A stretch of DNA of 58,525 nt, counting the filler, from Sluysia triapertura (Eukaryota), in NCBI GenBank assembly GCA_046118255.1. It is 4 parts of 4 records of this genome, joined end to end, with 100 filler letters (N's around TTAATTAATTAA, not from the genome) between each part and the next. Parts side by side here need not be neighbours in the genome. Positions count along the whole stretch, not along the records: positions 33,579 to 46,060 come from JBJNIA010104987.1; positions 46,161 to 58,525 come from JBJNIA010116085.1; 2 more parts are not named here. One strand, 5' to 3'. How positions within the stretch are numbered: position 1 is the stretch's first letter; every line of letters begins with the position of its first letter. The notes beneath the pieces are model-generated. The model did no database searches and was not told where the DNA came from. It was given only the letters and a program-made list of their open reading frames with translations. Shown here in pieces: positions 37,481-49,770 of this stretch. A program made the translations under genes and the position numbers.

Positions 37481-38531
37481 TTTGAAAAACTTATTTTGTT
37501 GTAATTTCTACATATTTGTTAATCTTCATTTATCATTCTTGTTTTATAATAAAATTACGTTAATTATTTGTTTTGTTATTAACGACAGATTTAAAACTAA
37601 TAATTAAAATAAGTCAAGAATTTCTATTCGAACTAACTATAGTAAATTGAAGTTGTTAAATACAAACAAAAAACTAAGTTAACAAAGGTAAATAATTAAA
37701 AGAAAGAATCATTCACTGATAGTAAATTTTAAGAGTTTAAGACCCTCATAGCAAAGTTATTTTTTGAATATTTCTTATTTTTGCAATACGAATTAGGAAA
37801 ACTTTTCGGAGAAGCATTCTTGTAAGTAAAAAACCCAAACTAAACTTTTATAATGGTTCCGATAAATACATTAAAAAGCCAACAATTAGATACTTTCTTT
37901 TAAAGTTTGTTGTCAACCAAATGCAAACCGAATTTTTCCAGGTTTATTTGGTGTAAACGGAGTAAATCTACAATAAAATTAACTTTCACAACGTTTTCAT
38001 CTATAGGGTTTTTCTCACATTTTCAATTTAAAGTGAATTGAAAGTACAAAACAAATAGAATAACTTAAATATAATAAATATCTCTACTTAAACTGCAAAA
38101 AATAGTTTTCATAGAAATAAAGGTAAAACTAGTACAAATAAATTAGAATTTGGCCCGTGTATTTAAGTTTAATTCTGAAAGTACCAATTCCTTCATTTCA
38201 ATGGCTTGATAAATATAGGTTTATCAATGAAATTAAAGAGACCAAAAAAAATAAAATTAATTTACAATAACTTCATCATAAATTTTGAAAACATCATGTA
38301 GTGAGCCAATACTTTTAAGTTTTCATTAATTTTAATTTATTTATTAATTTTTTCAATAAATCTCAAACTTCATCTAAAACGATAAGTTTAATCTGCATAG
38401 TCAGATAATAATTCATAAAACGTCTAAACTTATTATTAGACGTCAAATTATTATTTATTATTGTTGTGTTTTATTATTATTGTGTTTTATTTTAATTATT
38501 ATTGCTAATATTTTTATTTTAATCTATATTA

Positions 38532-39465
38532 CTATCTCTGTCCAAAAATATGGTATAAATTTCTTAAAAAATACGGTATTATTCAAGCCTTTTTTCATTT
38601 TAAATACAAATAAATTTTAGTTACAAAATAATCAAATTGATGCAATAATTAACGAGTGTCAAAATTAATTAAATACAAATAATTGGCCATTTTAATTAAA
38701 TTTAAAATTCATCCATTGTGGGTACAAAATGGCAAACCATAATGAAAATTGTGATCAAATGAGCTGATAAATATCAAAATCATCACAACTAACCAATAAT
38801 CAATGTAATGGTATTTTACAAAAATTATTGCAATACAAAAAAGGAAATAAATTGCAGTATACTGTTTCCCGAATTTGGAACATAGCTAAAAATAATTTAG
38901 TGACGGCCAAATTTTGGCGGATGTTTCATCAAAAAAAGGAAAGCACAGAAGAAAACCTAAAAATTATTCGGAAAATTTGAGAAAAATAAAGTGTCCCCTT
39001 AAACCATCGTGGAACAATTCGCAGTTTAGATGTTACTATTGACATCCCAAAGTCAGCACTTTTTGATACTTTTAAGCCTGATACTTGTTTTAAACGTATA
39101 TCTTCGGCTGTTAAGCCATATTTAACGGAACAAAATAAGCGTTTTGCTTGAGTCATGTTAAGCCAGATGGTTATTTTGAAAATATGTACTACTAAGTTCA
39201 TATTGACGAAAAATAGTTCACAAATCAAACGTTCATATGGATGAATGTTGGATGAAGAAGAACCCCACAGAAGTTGTAAAAGCAAACGTTTCATTACGAA
39301 AGTAATGATCATGGCAGCTGTAGCTAGGCCACGCTATGATTCACCCAAAAATAAAAGTTTCGATTGAAAAATTGGTATATGGCATTTTGTCTGTCAAGAA
39401 CCGGCCAAAAGAAATTCAAAAAATAGACCAAAGGTAACACTAATTACACAAAGTATTGAGTCATT
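38532..39465 (+). mobile_element. Plant-type mariner (DD39D, Soymar1/Osmar/Stowaway group) transposase pseudogene with left TIR, 3'-truncated
   Basis: TA + CTATCTCTGTCCAAAAATAT resembles the Stowaway-type TIR CTCCCTCCGTCCCAAAATAT. ATG at 38729. Motifs TVSRIW, VPLNHRGTIRSL, SAVKPYLTEQNK, MYY*VHIDEK*F, RSCKSKRFITKVMIMAAVARPRYD, FD*KIGIWHFV..EPAKRNSKNRP. Confidence 0.92.
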
Positions 39466-39762
39466 TACAACATGGAAAAAGTCTAACTTGATTTACAACA
39501 ATAACGATATCAATATTCCATGTTTGATGTTTTGTAATGATCAAAATAAAGCTATTGATGATAACAATAGTTATGCTGGACAATAATTTATGCAAATTAA
39601 GAGAGACAAACGTACCGATGGTAAAACCAACAACCAAAAAAGAAATGATGTACTTTTTATTAATCGTAAAGACAAAATTTATAAACCTAAATGCCTTAGA
39701 ATTAAAACTTTTGATTTACTTGAAATTAATGTGTTTTCTACCTTTATTATTGTAATTTAAGT

Positions 39763-40107
39763 ATGATGAATTTTTATGATAATAAAAACAATACTTATAT
39801 CATTTACCCTGTTAAACGTAAAGATTATAAAAATTATAATATTGATGATGAACATATTAGCGTTGACTCTCAACTCAGAGATTATGACGAAGATTACTGC
39901 AAATCGTATAGACGAAAATTTATTAGTTCGACTATTTTATGTCCATCTTCTACTAACGCTAATGGTATCTGTTTATTAAAGGCTCGTACTGCAGATACGT
40001 TCACAACATTCACGAGTTTGGATTCTGTAAACAGCATAAATCAATTTACGACCAACACATACAACGAGTTTCAGAGCTGTTCCAGCACTTCAGACGGCAA
40101 TCACTGA
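39763..40107 (+). pseudogene. Unknown lineage-specific ORF (114 aa, probably truncated or decayed), related to 12324-12720
   Basis: Coding-like composition, Cys residues and a shared T/S-rich motif with the 12.4-kb ORF. The flanking frames are broken. Confidence 0.35.
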
Positions 40108-42336
40108 CGGCAATATAAATGACATTCTTATATTCATCTTATAAACAATTGCTATTATTGTTTTTTTATTTTTAGGTGGAACAAAAACAAAATTTATCAC
40201 GTATAGGACCCAAGTGCAAAAATTAAATGTTTTTGAAAATAAATTTTCATATTGTTATTAAAAATGTTTCCTGTGTAATAATACAATAATGTTTTTCGAA
40301 CTAAAATTTTTCAAGAAACGAAGTATAATAAAAATTAATTTTAAATTTTATGTAGTTAAAATTAAGTCAATTTTCAACTTTAAAGATAATCTCATCTCAC
40401 TAATCAAAAAATATCCATCATAAGAGGGATCCAAAAAATAATGAGTTTTATAAAAATTTAAAAATCTTAAAAATTTAAATTGTTAAAATTATAAATCTCA
40501 GCCTTCAAACGTACGACGGAACCTTTTGAGTATATTGACAAAATAATATCTATTTTCTCCAAATTCTTAATGATCGGGACATACGCAACATCGATTACCT
40601 TTACCATAAAATTGTTGAATGTAGTATCACTACTCAAAAAATAATAACATAAAGATTTAGCCCCAAAAAGGAAGTTAGTCTTTGATCATTTAGTAGTTTT
40701 AGCTCTAACACCTATAGTTCCATTGACAAGACTATTCATTTTCATAAAAAGTATTGTTAATTTAGTTATTTTAAGGCGAATTTGGAGAATAAAAAATTTT
40801 CATAAAAATTTTAATTGCATAAAATAAATTCAAATAAAACAACAAATATTTTTTTTGATTATCACCGTGTTACCATCTCTTTTACATGCATGTTCTATGA
40901 ATAAAACATACAGACATCGAATTTAGCAAAATACTCCTCATCATTTCTTATACTATTTGTATTGTTCCAAGTAAACAAGTAGAAAAAAGAATTCTTTTTT
41001 GGCATTAGTGATTATTCGATTTTATTTTCATTATCCCTGTTAATATTGTTATTGTTACTAATAACATTGTAATACATTGGTTTTACTGGCAAATACAAAA
41101 GGGCACACTAAAATAATATATTTAGTAATATTACAATAACATTTACAAGCATATCATCATGTTATAGCTTCTATTTCTACCAATTACATTCAATAGGCTT
41201 TTATATTATGTATAAATCTTTTGTCAACAATTACAATTCTGCATATATATACATATATACAGAAATATAATATATAAACTCATAATTTCAATTGTTTAAT
41301 CCAATCTTTTTTTGTAGATTTATCAATAACTGTGACAATATTCGCTTCAATTTTGGATCACTATTCTTATTTATATACTTTGATAGTTTATTCTGGTTAG
41401 TTTATTGTTGTTTTGAAAAATATTTCAAATGATATAAATAAATTAATTAATAAAACTAACTATTCTACATGATATTTTTTTAATTTTACATGTTCAATGG
41501 AAATATTACAAAAAATTATTAAAATGTAAATACATAAAGATTTCAGCTGATTTATTTCCGATATTGATAAAAGTGTTCAAAACAAAGATCAGTGCTTAAA
41601 TCTATGCTAATTTTAATATTTAATTAACAAATAGCACGATCAAAAAGCAGAATTTTCCATGAATAACTATGTATTACTTTTCAAAGATTATGAAAACATT
41701 TTCAAATTTTTAACCAATTATATTTATCTTTTATATATTTCTTTTAACTAATTTATGTTGAGAATATTTCGATCATTTATTATGTTAATGAATTAATATG
41801 GTCGAATTATTAAATTTATTGTTTAACATTGTTATTTGTTATTACTATTTATTTATTATAAGATTTGTTTTAATCACAAATCACATTTGATGATTATAAA
41901 TGAAATATATTAGTACTGATGTAATAAAACGTATTATATAGTTTTAAAAATGTTTTAAATAAAAACATTTTTAATATTAATAACGTTTTAAATAATAACT
42001 TTAGGTTTTTAATAATAACTTTTATTCAAATTAATAATGTCAAAATCTTTCTACATATTTCGAAAAATTAAGTAATAATTTCAAACTCAAATGATACCGA
42101 AATGACTGAAATTTTTGTTAACATTAATATATAATATTGTGACTTCTTTTAATTTGTCTCTGTTGTTGGAGATGGAAGTGTTAAGTTCTTACAAATTTAA
42201 AAATCCTTCGAAGTCTATATCTACTTCAACCTAGTCAACTAAAATCTATAACTTCTTACATGATTGCAAATAATTTTGCAATTAATTTTAATTTAAAATT
42301 TTATTTCATTGTCTTTGATCAGTCTTATATGAATTA

Positions 42337-42892
42337 GGGTGAGGTTGCTCAAGTCGTACCATATGCATTTTAAACAAACAACGGGGACAACAGCATATAC
42401 GTCGGTAATTAAATATACATCTGATTGAGCTGAGTTGTGTGGCACATTACTATTTACCCTAAGCAAGCCACGTTGTAAATTTTCTCATCAAGTAAGTTTA
42501 TTTCAACATTCTTATAATTTTCTGGATATGTCTTGTAGTTAATCTTGCAAGTAAATTATTGATAAAATTATGTTCCATATTAAACATAAGTTCAGTATAA
42601 TTTACCTAATCATTTGGTGGAAACGAAATCCTATTAATTTTATTCAATATTAAGTGATGTTTAGTTTGAAATAAGTGGTACGACTTAAGAAACAAGTTGA
42701 CTTAGTTGTGCTGAAGTAAGTTATTAAAGAATTAGTTTCATTACGTGAAAGCATATAGATTTTTCTAATTTAGTTATAATACATAATACCAATATTAACA
42801 AAGTGTTAACACATTTAATTTCTATTTATTTGATAAATCCTAAGTTTTATACAGTTCTTTTCTTAAGAGTTACGACTTGAACAACCTTACCC
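42337..42892. mobile_element. 556-bp MITE with TA TSD (Tc1/mariner-pogo superfamily)
   Basis: TA-GGGTGAGGTTGCTCAAGTCGTA ... TACGACTTGAACAACCTTACCC-TA; 22-bp TIR with 2 mismatches. Confidence 0.85.
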
Positions 42893-43752
42893 TATTTATC
42901 TTTGAAAGGTTATTTAAAGGATTTAATTTATTACTTTTAATTTTCAATCGATGTCTATTAGAATCCAACAACAATGATTGGAACATTTAATGTTCAATTA
43001 CTTTTTCCAACAAAATTTTGATATTGTTTCTTGTTCACGTATTATGACCAATGACTATTCAAATTTCATCCTATAACATCTTCATTATAATCAACTTCCT
43101 TTACATTTTACTACCTAATCAATTTAAATCTATAATAATAAAGTCCGTATTTTAGTTCGTATTTTAATTCTAACAATGCGTTTATTCAATTATACTTTCT
43201 TTACTAGTTGGTATTTGTTTGCGCTTGTTAGTATTTATTTTTTTAGCGTATTTTTGGTGTCCACAGTTAATCTGTAAATATTTTTGCGTTAATTAAGAAT
43301 AATCCTTGCCTTCTCTTTTTATGGCTGTTTTCTAATTTCTTGTTTGAACTTTTTCTAATAGTTTTAAGTCGTAAAGTAAAAGTGTTCATGAATTTTTTAA
43401 TATTGTTAAGTAAATGTAGTAAAATTTTATTTATTTTCTTTAAACACAAATAATTTTTGAAATAAAATCGTTAAAAAGGTTTGTTAAAATTGTTAATTAA
43501 ATGTAAAAAATAAGGGTTCTAACAAAAGAAACAGTTTAAAGTTTTAAAATCCTGGATAAATAATAAGTAAACTATATAGTTTAAAGATGCTTCACGTACA
43601 TTTAAAATTAATTAATTTTACACAAAATAGAATTACTAAATAGAAATAATCTCAGCTCAAGCAAAGGAATATATATCGGAACCTAAAAGTTAATAGCCAA
43701 CAATAATAAACGCAGGCAAGAAATTTAATATTATAAAAGAACTAAATTTAAC

Positions 43753-43839
43753 CTAAAATAGTAGCATAAGTATCAGCAATCCAACTCATAATTTTTTCAT
43801 TAGTACCCATATCTGGAGCTGGAACATCTATCGTAGGTC
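43753..43839 (-). CDS. GLUD1: Single 87-bp exon of glutamate dehydrogenase (GLUD1-type)
   Basis: CTAATTCAG acceptor, (G)[28 protein letters not shown](G), GTTAA donor. Matches animal [33 protein letters not shown]. No other GDH exons were found in this contig. Confidence 0.85.
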
Positions 43840-44207
43840 CTGAATTAGAAATAAAGCCAAAAAAATGATTTAGTCATATTTATAATAATTATTCTCACTG
43901 TATTATTCCCATTACATCCTTATTTATTCATTGTTGGACATTTTTCAAATTTGCATATAAAAGTTTTAAAAAATTATCAACAATTGCTGCTAATTAATTT
44001 CAAATTTTTGGTCAGATATAAAAACGCTTGATTGATAAATTTTATTCATTAATGTACTTTGACTCTAAAATTTTTCAGTTTTCATTGGAATAATTTGTTA
44101 ATTTTAGTAAATTATTCAAGTAATCAGGAAATCGTTCGTATATATTATACAGATTATTTAACTAATCTACAACCAAACAAATTTAAATCCACAAAGGCAA
44201 ATGAATA

Positions 44208-44759
44208 CCGTGCTTTCCCGAAAATAAGACAGAGCATATATTAATTTTCACTCCAATATATTACACTAGGGCTTACCTTTTGGGGGTATCCTATTTTCAT
44301 CTATCGAAAAATAAAGTTACAAAGTAGAGAATTATGAAATTTATAAATATACATGCAAACTGATCTACATTTACTAATAAATAATACGTTTTATGTTTAA
44401 AAACCACTAACTCTAAATCACTGGGTTCCAAAGTTTCCGCGAAGTTTTCATTTAACTTAATTTCCTATCATTTTGAGCAATAAAGGTCTCATCAATGAAA
44501 AGTTCTTATCCAGGTAACCTGCTCGTAATAGGTTACAATCGTAACACAGCTATCTGTGATGCTTTGACAATGAAAGTATCTCAGAATATATTGTAATTTA
44601 AAATTAATGGTGCTTTATATTAAAGATGCATTGTACGCCATTCATTGACTTTTATTAGGTATCCTAATATGCTGTCAACCAGGGTTTATTTTAGGGGTCG
44701 GTCTTAAATTAAAATCATCCCGAAACATCAGGCTAGGTCTTATTTTCGGGGAAACATGC
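44208..44759. mobile_element. 552-bp MITE with TA TSD (pogo/Tc2-like TIR)
   Basis: TA-CCGTGCTTTCCCGAAAATAAGAC ... GTCTTATTTTCGGGGAAACATGC-TA. Confidence 0.85.
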
Positions 44760-45988
44760 TATAAATAAAACATATAAATTAGTTGGGTGCATATATTTAA
44801 TGTATTGTAACGTGTTTATAAATAATTCATGTGTTTAAAATCCATTCATGGAATTTTAAATAATTTTGATATTTTAATAAAATTAATGTTCACACATTGA
44901 GGATGTACGACGTGAATTCACGTTACGTGAATAAATGTGCTCATAAATTTTAATAATATTCATACTTAATAAATGTTACACAGCGTATTCGAAATTATCA
45001 CTTTTAATATATATAATTTCAACAAAATATGCGGAACTTAAGGCTATATACTTTTCAATGTGTTAATATCAATACATTAAATTAAAATGTATACAATAAA
45101 TTTATGAAATTCATGAGTTAAATTAATAATGGGTTCCTACATAAAAAATGATAGTTAGTTTAAGACTAATAGCTCGATTAATAGACAAGGCATAAACATG
45201 TGCTTTATTATAACAAGATTCATTCAATTTACGCCACTACTGGTAAGATCTCGACACATTTTCCAAAGAAATATGTCATGTTTCATAAATAACAATTAAA
45301 ACAATTTTAAATAAATAAACTTCTACGCACCTCCAAATAAGCGTTCTATTTTATCTATAAAAAATAAAGTTAGAATAAATTTTGTTATTTTATTATCGAA
45401 TTATAAGTTAATAAATTAAAATATGTAAAAAAATTAGACATTCTTGTACATTTTTTTCTATTGTATTAGTCACGAAAGTGTTTAAATGGGTCTCACGCGC
45501 GTACCATCATATATTCGGTACTTTTGGTTTCGCATCTAGCATTTATCACATGTAATTAATTTTAATTCATTTATTTTAAAATTGTTACTGTTTTAGCGCT
45601 GTGGTTTTCTTATTTCCTAACTTAAGGGAAGACAAAATTTAGCAAAGTCCAGTTACAGTAAACTTTTATGTCGCAAAGAGTGCATTCCTGTAACTCTGTC
45701 TAGGCAAATTCTAAGAAAGTAAAATTTTAATAGGAAATGAATCATTGATAACTGCCTTAATGATTAGATTTTCTATAATTTTTGAAGGGTCTTATACTTA
45801 GCAATAATTTTAATCAATCCAATTTGCAATCTGCTTCGAATTATTTAAATTTATAAATGTAAAGAGTAAAATTGTTTATAAAATGTATGTTGATAATCTC
45901 TGTATACTTTAATTATCTAAATATTTCATTGTAAAAACAAAAAATTGTAATTATAATCTGTAAATAAAATCTAATTTATAAAATTATT

Positions 45989-46060
45989 TAATAATAATAA
46001 TAATAATATATTAATTTATATGGCGCTCATATCTACCGCGAAAGTACTCAAAAGCGCTTA
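45989..46060 (-). mobile_element. 3' tail of an L2/CR1-like element at the contig end (same as 30111-30179)
   Basis: ~60 bp identical to the 30.1-kb copy. The contig breaks inside it. Confidence 0.6.
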
Positions 46061-46160
46061 NNNNNNNNNNNNNNNNNNNNNNNNNNNNNNNNNNNNNNNN
46101 NNNNTTAATTAATTAANNNNNNNNNNNNNNNNNNNNNNNNNNNNNNNNNNNNNNNNNNNN
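46061..46160. other. Artificial contig linker
   Basis: N44-TTAATTAATTAA-N44. Confidence 0.97.
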
Positions 46161-47998
46161 TATTATAAATGTTTTCTCTTTCATGATTCTTATTTCAACA
46201 ATGTTTATAATACTTCATCTGCTACTTCTCATCAATTTTTCTTTTTATTTATAATTCTGTCTTCTACTCGTCTCCTAATCCAAAGTTGGGCAATCCCAAC
46301 AAAACAATATTATTGGTTATTTGTTGATAATTAACTTAAATTAGTAAAATAATTAAATTGCTGTCGTTAATTCAAAACATTATCGATAATGTAAGATTTG
46401 TAACCTAGAATTATTAAAGAAATAAGATCATTGTAACCAATATATTATACCCTCTATTAAATATATATCCGTTACAATGACTTGAAATTAATAAGACGGT
46501 AGGAAGAATTAGAGTTCTAAGGCTAATTTACACATTAAGTCATAACTGCCCGCTAAAAATTTTTAATCGACTGTTTGATGGCAACACAAAGTTATTCTGT
46601 CAAAAAGCGTACTACTACGTCAGCGGCTACTGAATTTCGAATACAAAAATGACGTATTACTTTATCAGCGGCCAGCAATGAGTTAAGAATTTTTCACTTG
46701 TGGTTACTGTATACTGTATCAAACCCTATTAAAATTTATTCTGTCGTAGGCTGAGTCAGGAAAGACCACAGCAATACTAACCTAGATATTGATTCGTCAA
46801 TACACTTATAAAATCAAAATATTAAGATAACATACCATTTAAACAAAATAAACAATTAACATTCATTTCATATAATTAGAAAGAAATGTTATGCATTAAA
46901 TAAATTTCTATCCTAACATAGGTGTGTATTCATAATGCATGTACTATAAAAACTTAGTTTTATTACTTTTGCGTGACTAGATATTAGTACATTTCTAAAA
47001 TTTGTACTACACTGATTTTCAGTATAAAATAAAATACAAAAAATTTCTCGTTCTACAAGGATTAAGTACTACTAATACTAAGATTCAACAAGCATTAAAA
47101 AAATTGAATAACCATGCTGTGGCATTACTAAAATTTAAGTAAAGAAGCTTTAGATACTCTAACTGGTTAAACGGCTTAATTACTAGCTGGTAAATAGTGT
47201 AAAAAATCTAAGTAGCAAAATAATTTTAAAAATATTGGTTAAATGCTCTGTTAAATTAAGAATATAGGTAATAACTGATCATAAAACAATTAATTTTTAT
47301 GAATACAAACCAAATAAACACAAAGTTCAAGTGTGATATATAATTCTTAAAATTTTTAATAAATAGCTACTTTCAGCAAAAATTTCGTTTGTTTATGAAA
47401 ATGAGATTGAAATATAAAGTATAAGGTTTAATAATAAAAAAAGATCATAAAAAAGATAGTAAATAAAGTTTTATTTAAATAAAATAACCTTCAGTGCATA
47501 CATGAAAATTTTGACTAAAACGGTACTATTAGAAGCAAAATTAAATTTAAAAATTTGCAATTTTTGTAAGTTCAAGAAATATCACTTTTAAAAGATGTTC
47601 AATTTTTCAATCTATATCAAGGTATTTTAGCATGTTAAACGATTAAACGTTTTCCAAAATAACTCTCTCGTAAATAATTATTTTACTTATTACAAACATA
47701 TATATTGTTATCACATATGGATAAAACCGTGTCACCTTCAAAAATAAACCTTTAAAAATCGACAATCTAACGAAACTAATTAATAAGAGTGACTCACAAT
47801 TATTATACAAATAATTTTTTTTATAAAATCTTTCCATAAATTTACTTAATATAGTTTTATTCGCTCTTAAGTGATAAATTTTTTTAAGTGATAAATTTTT
47901 TGAATATTTAATTATAGTTTAGTTAAAATTGATATAATGAAAAAAATACAATTTTATTATACAAACAAATCTAATATATAAATATTACTCTTGTGATA

Positions 47999-48124
47999 TT
48001 ATAATTTACCTTGTTGCAGATTTTTAATTATATTATCAATTTTAATAGCTGGTCCAAGTTTGATTTTCATATACTGCCGTAATGTATTCATGTTCAATAG
48101 AAGTAGCGCTTGACCATCGATTTC
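47999..48124 (-). CDS. Scm: Last coding exon of a Polycomb Scm/SCMH1-like gene (C-terminal half of the SAM domain)
   Basis: TATTAG acceptor, phase 0, EIDGQALLLLNMNTLRQYMKIKLGPAIKIDNIIKNLQQGKL*. Compare SCMH1 EIDGKALLLLRSDMMMKYMGLKLGPALKL...LKQGKF*. Confidence 0.9.
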   Translation of the reverse strand, partial: EIDGQALLLLNMNTLRQYMKIKLGPAIKIDNIIKNLQQGKL

Positions 48125-49629
48125 CTAATATATTTATACATATATTAATTACTCGACAATGAATAGATATACAATTAACAATGCTAGATTTTTTAAAAAT
48201 TAAATATTGTTTATGATAACTTATGATGTTTTACATTTTTCTTACTGACATTTAGTCCAATAATAGCATTTCAAAGTATTTTCATATTTGTTAGGTAATT
48301 ATAGTATTAATAAAATCATTTCATTTCATTACTTGAAACCTGCCATCCACCACTTATTATGTCAGTAACTTTGAAACAAATCTTCCTAATTCTAATGATT
48401 TGATTAATCACATTCAAAAAATCTATATCATAATTGATTTATTAAATAAGATTTCTATATATGTAAGAAAATGCATTTGAGATATAATATTTTATTAATA
48501 AGATATTAACTGTAAAATTACGATACTTTCATAGTAGCTTCTCTAAATGCGTCAGTGCTATATAATTTCAAATTCTCTGTTCTCCTATGTCCTGATGTTA
48601 AGATGAAAGTAAAAGCTAGCACGTTCACAATCAATTATATTACAAATGATAAAATGGTTATGCACAATATAAATTACACTTATATCGAAACGAATTTTAA
48701 TTGATGAATTGTTTTATCAAAATTCAACAAAATAATGCTTTAAAATACTAAAATGGTAGAGTTACAACTTGTAGTAAAAAATATTTAATATGGATTTGTA
48801 ATTTTGTAATTTATTGAATGATTTATTCACAACTACAATTTATTCAAATGATTTATCAATATTTCAAAAAATATGAATCTTCAATAATCTCCTATTATAA
48901 AATTAGTCTGCATATCAACCTATTTATTTCAATTACTAATAATATTTCTTTTACTCATGCTCATGGCACTATAAAAATATATTACCCATCTATGTACAAT
49001 AATGACATTCACATCTAACAGTTATAATTTTCAGTAAAACTAAGAAAAAATTCAAAACAACGTATATTTACAAACATTTAGTGAGATTTATTGCAATATT
49101 ATAAAAATGTTCAATTATATCTTCATAATATTATACAATTTACTTAGGTCTGTCTCAAATTCACAATGTTAGTCAGATAAGGTTAGAGGAGCAACATTTT
49201 CCGATTCAAATTTATCAACCAGTCCACTAAGAAATTATTTTGATAATGAATATGGTTCATAAATTGATGCAGTAGGACTATTTCCATTTTATAGTACAAT
49301 TTAACAAGTGAACCATTGCATTTGGAGACAAATTCATAATTGCAATGAAATCTTAACAAAAACAAAATCTATGTCAATGAAATATTATTTACCTATATAT
49401 GTTTATATTAAATAAAAATGATTGTCTGAAAGAATTAAGCCAATTAAATAAAGTTTGAACAGTAAGCAACTGAGCAACTGAAAGTCAAAGTGGATTTAAC
49501 AATTCTATAACATTTATTCAATTTCTCATCCGTCTTCTTTCATCAACACTAAGCATCTGTCACAGACACTATACCTTGGCTGAATCGAGAAGGGTTTCTT
49601 ATTTTCTCAAATAATGTATGTTAAAAGTT

Positions 49630-49770
49630 TCGTTAATGATGAAATCGGCTTCGCCAGTCCATAAAATTCTATCAATCATGAACTAATTTTCAGGATTTAT
49701 TGTTCGTAGATACACCTTGCTGCTTTTTTATGATCTTGTGAACAGTAGTGCGACTTATTCTAGTGGATTA
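49630..49770 (-). mobile_element. Tc1/mariner transposase remnant within the Scm intron
   Basis: HTH-like ISRTTVHKIIKK and first-catalytic-block-like RILWTGEADFIIN (consensus ILWTDEAxF). Confidence 0.55.

Noticed and set aside
46550-46686. GCGGCCAGCAATGAG-TTAA resembling one end of a TTAA MITE
   Set aside because: No matching opposite TIR was found.
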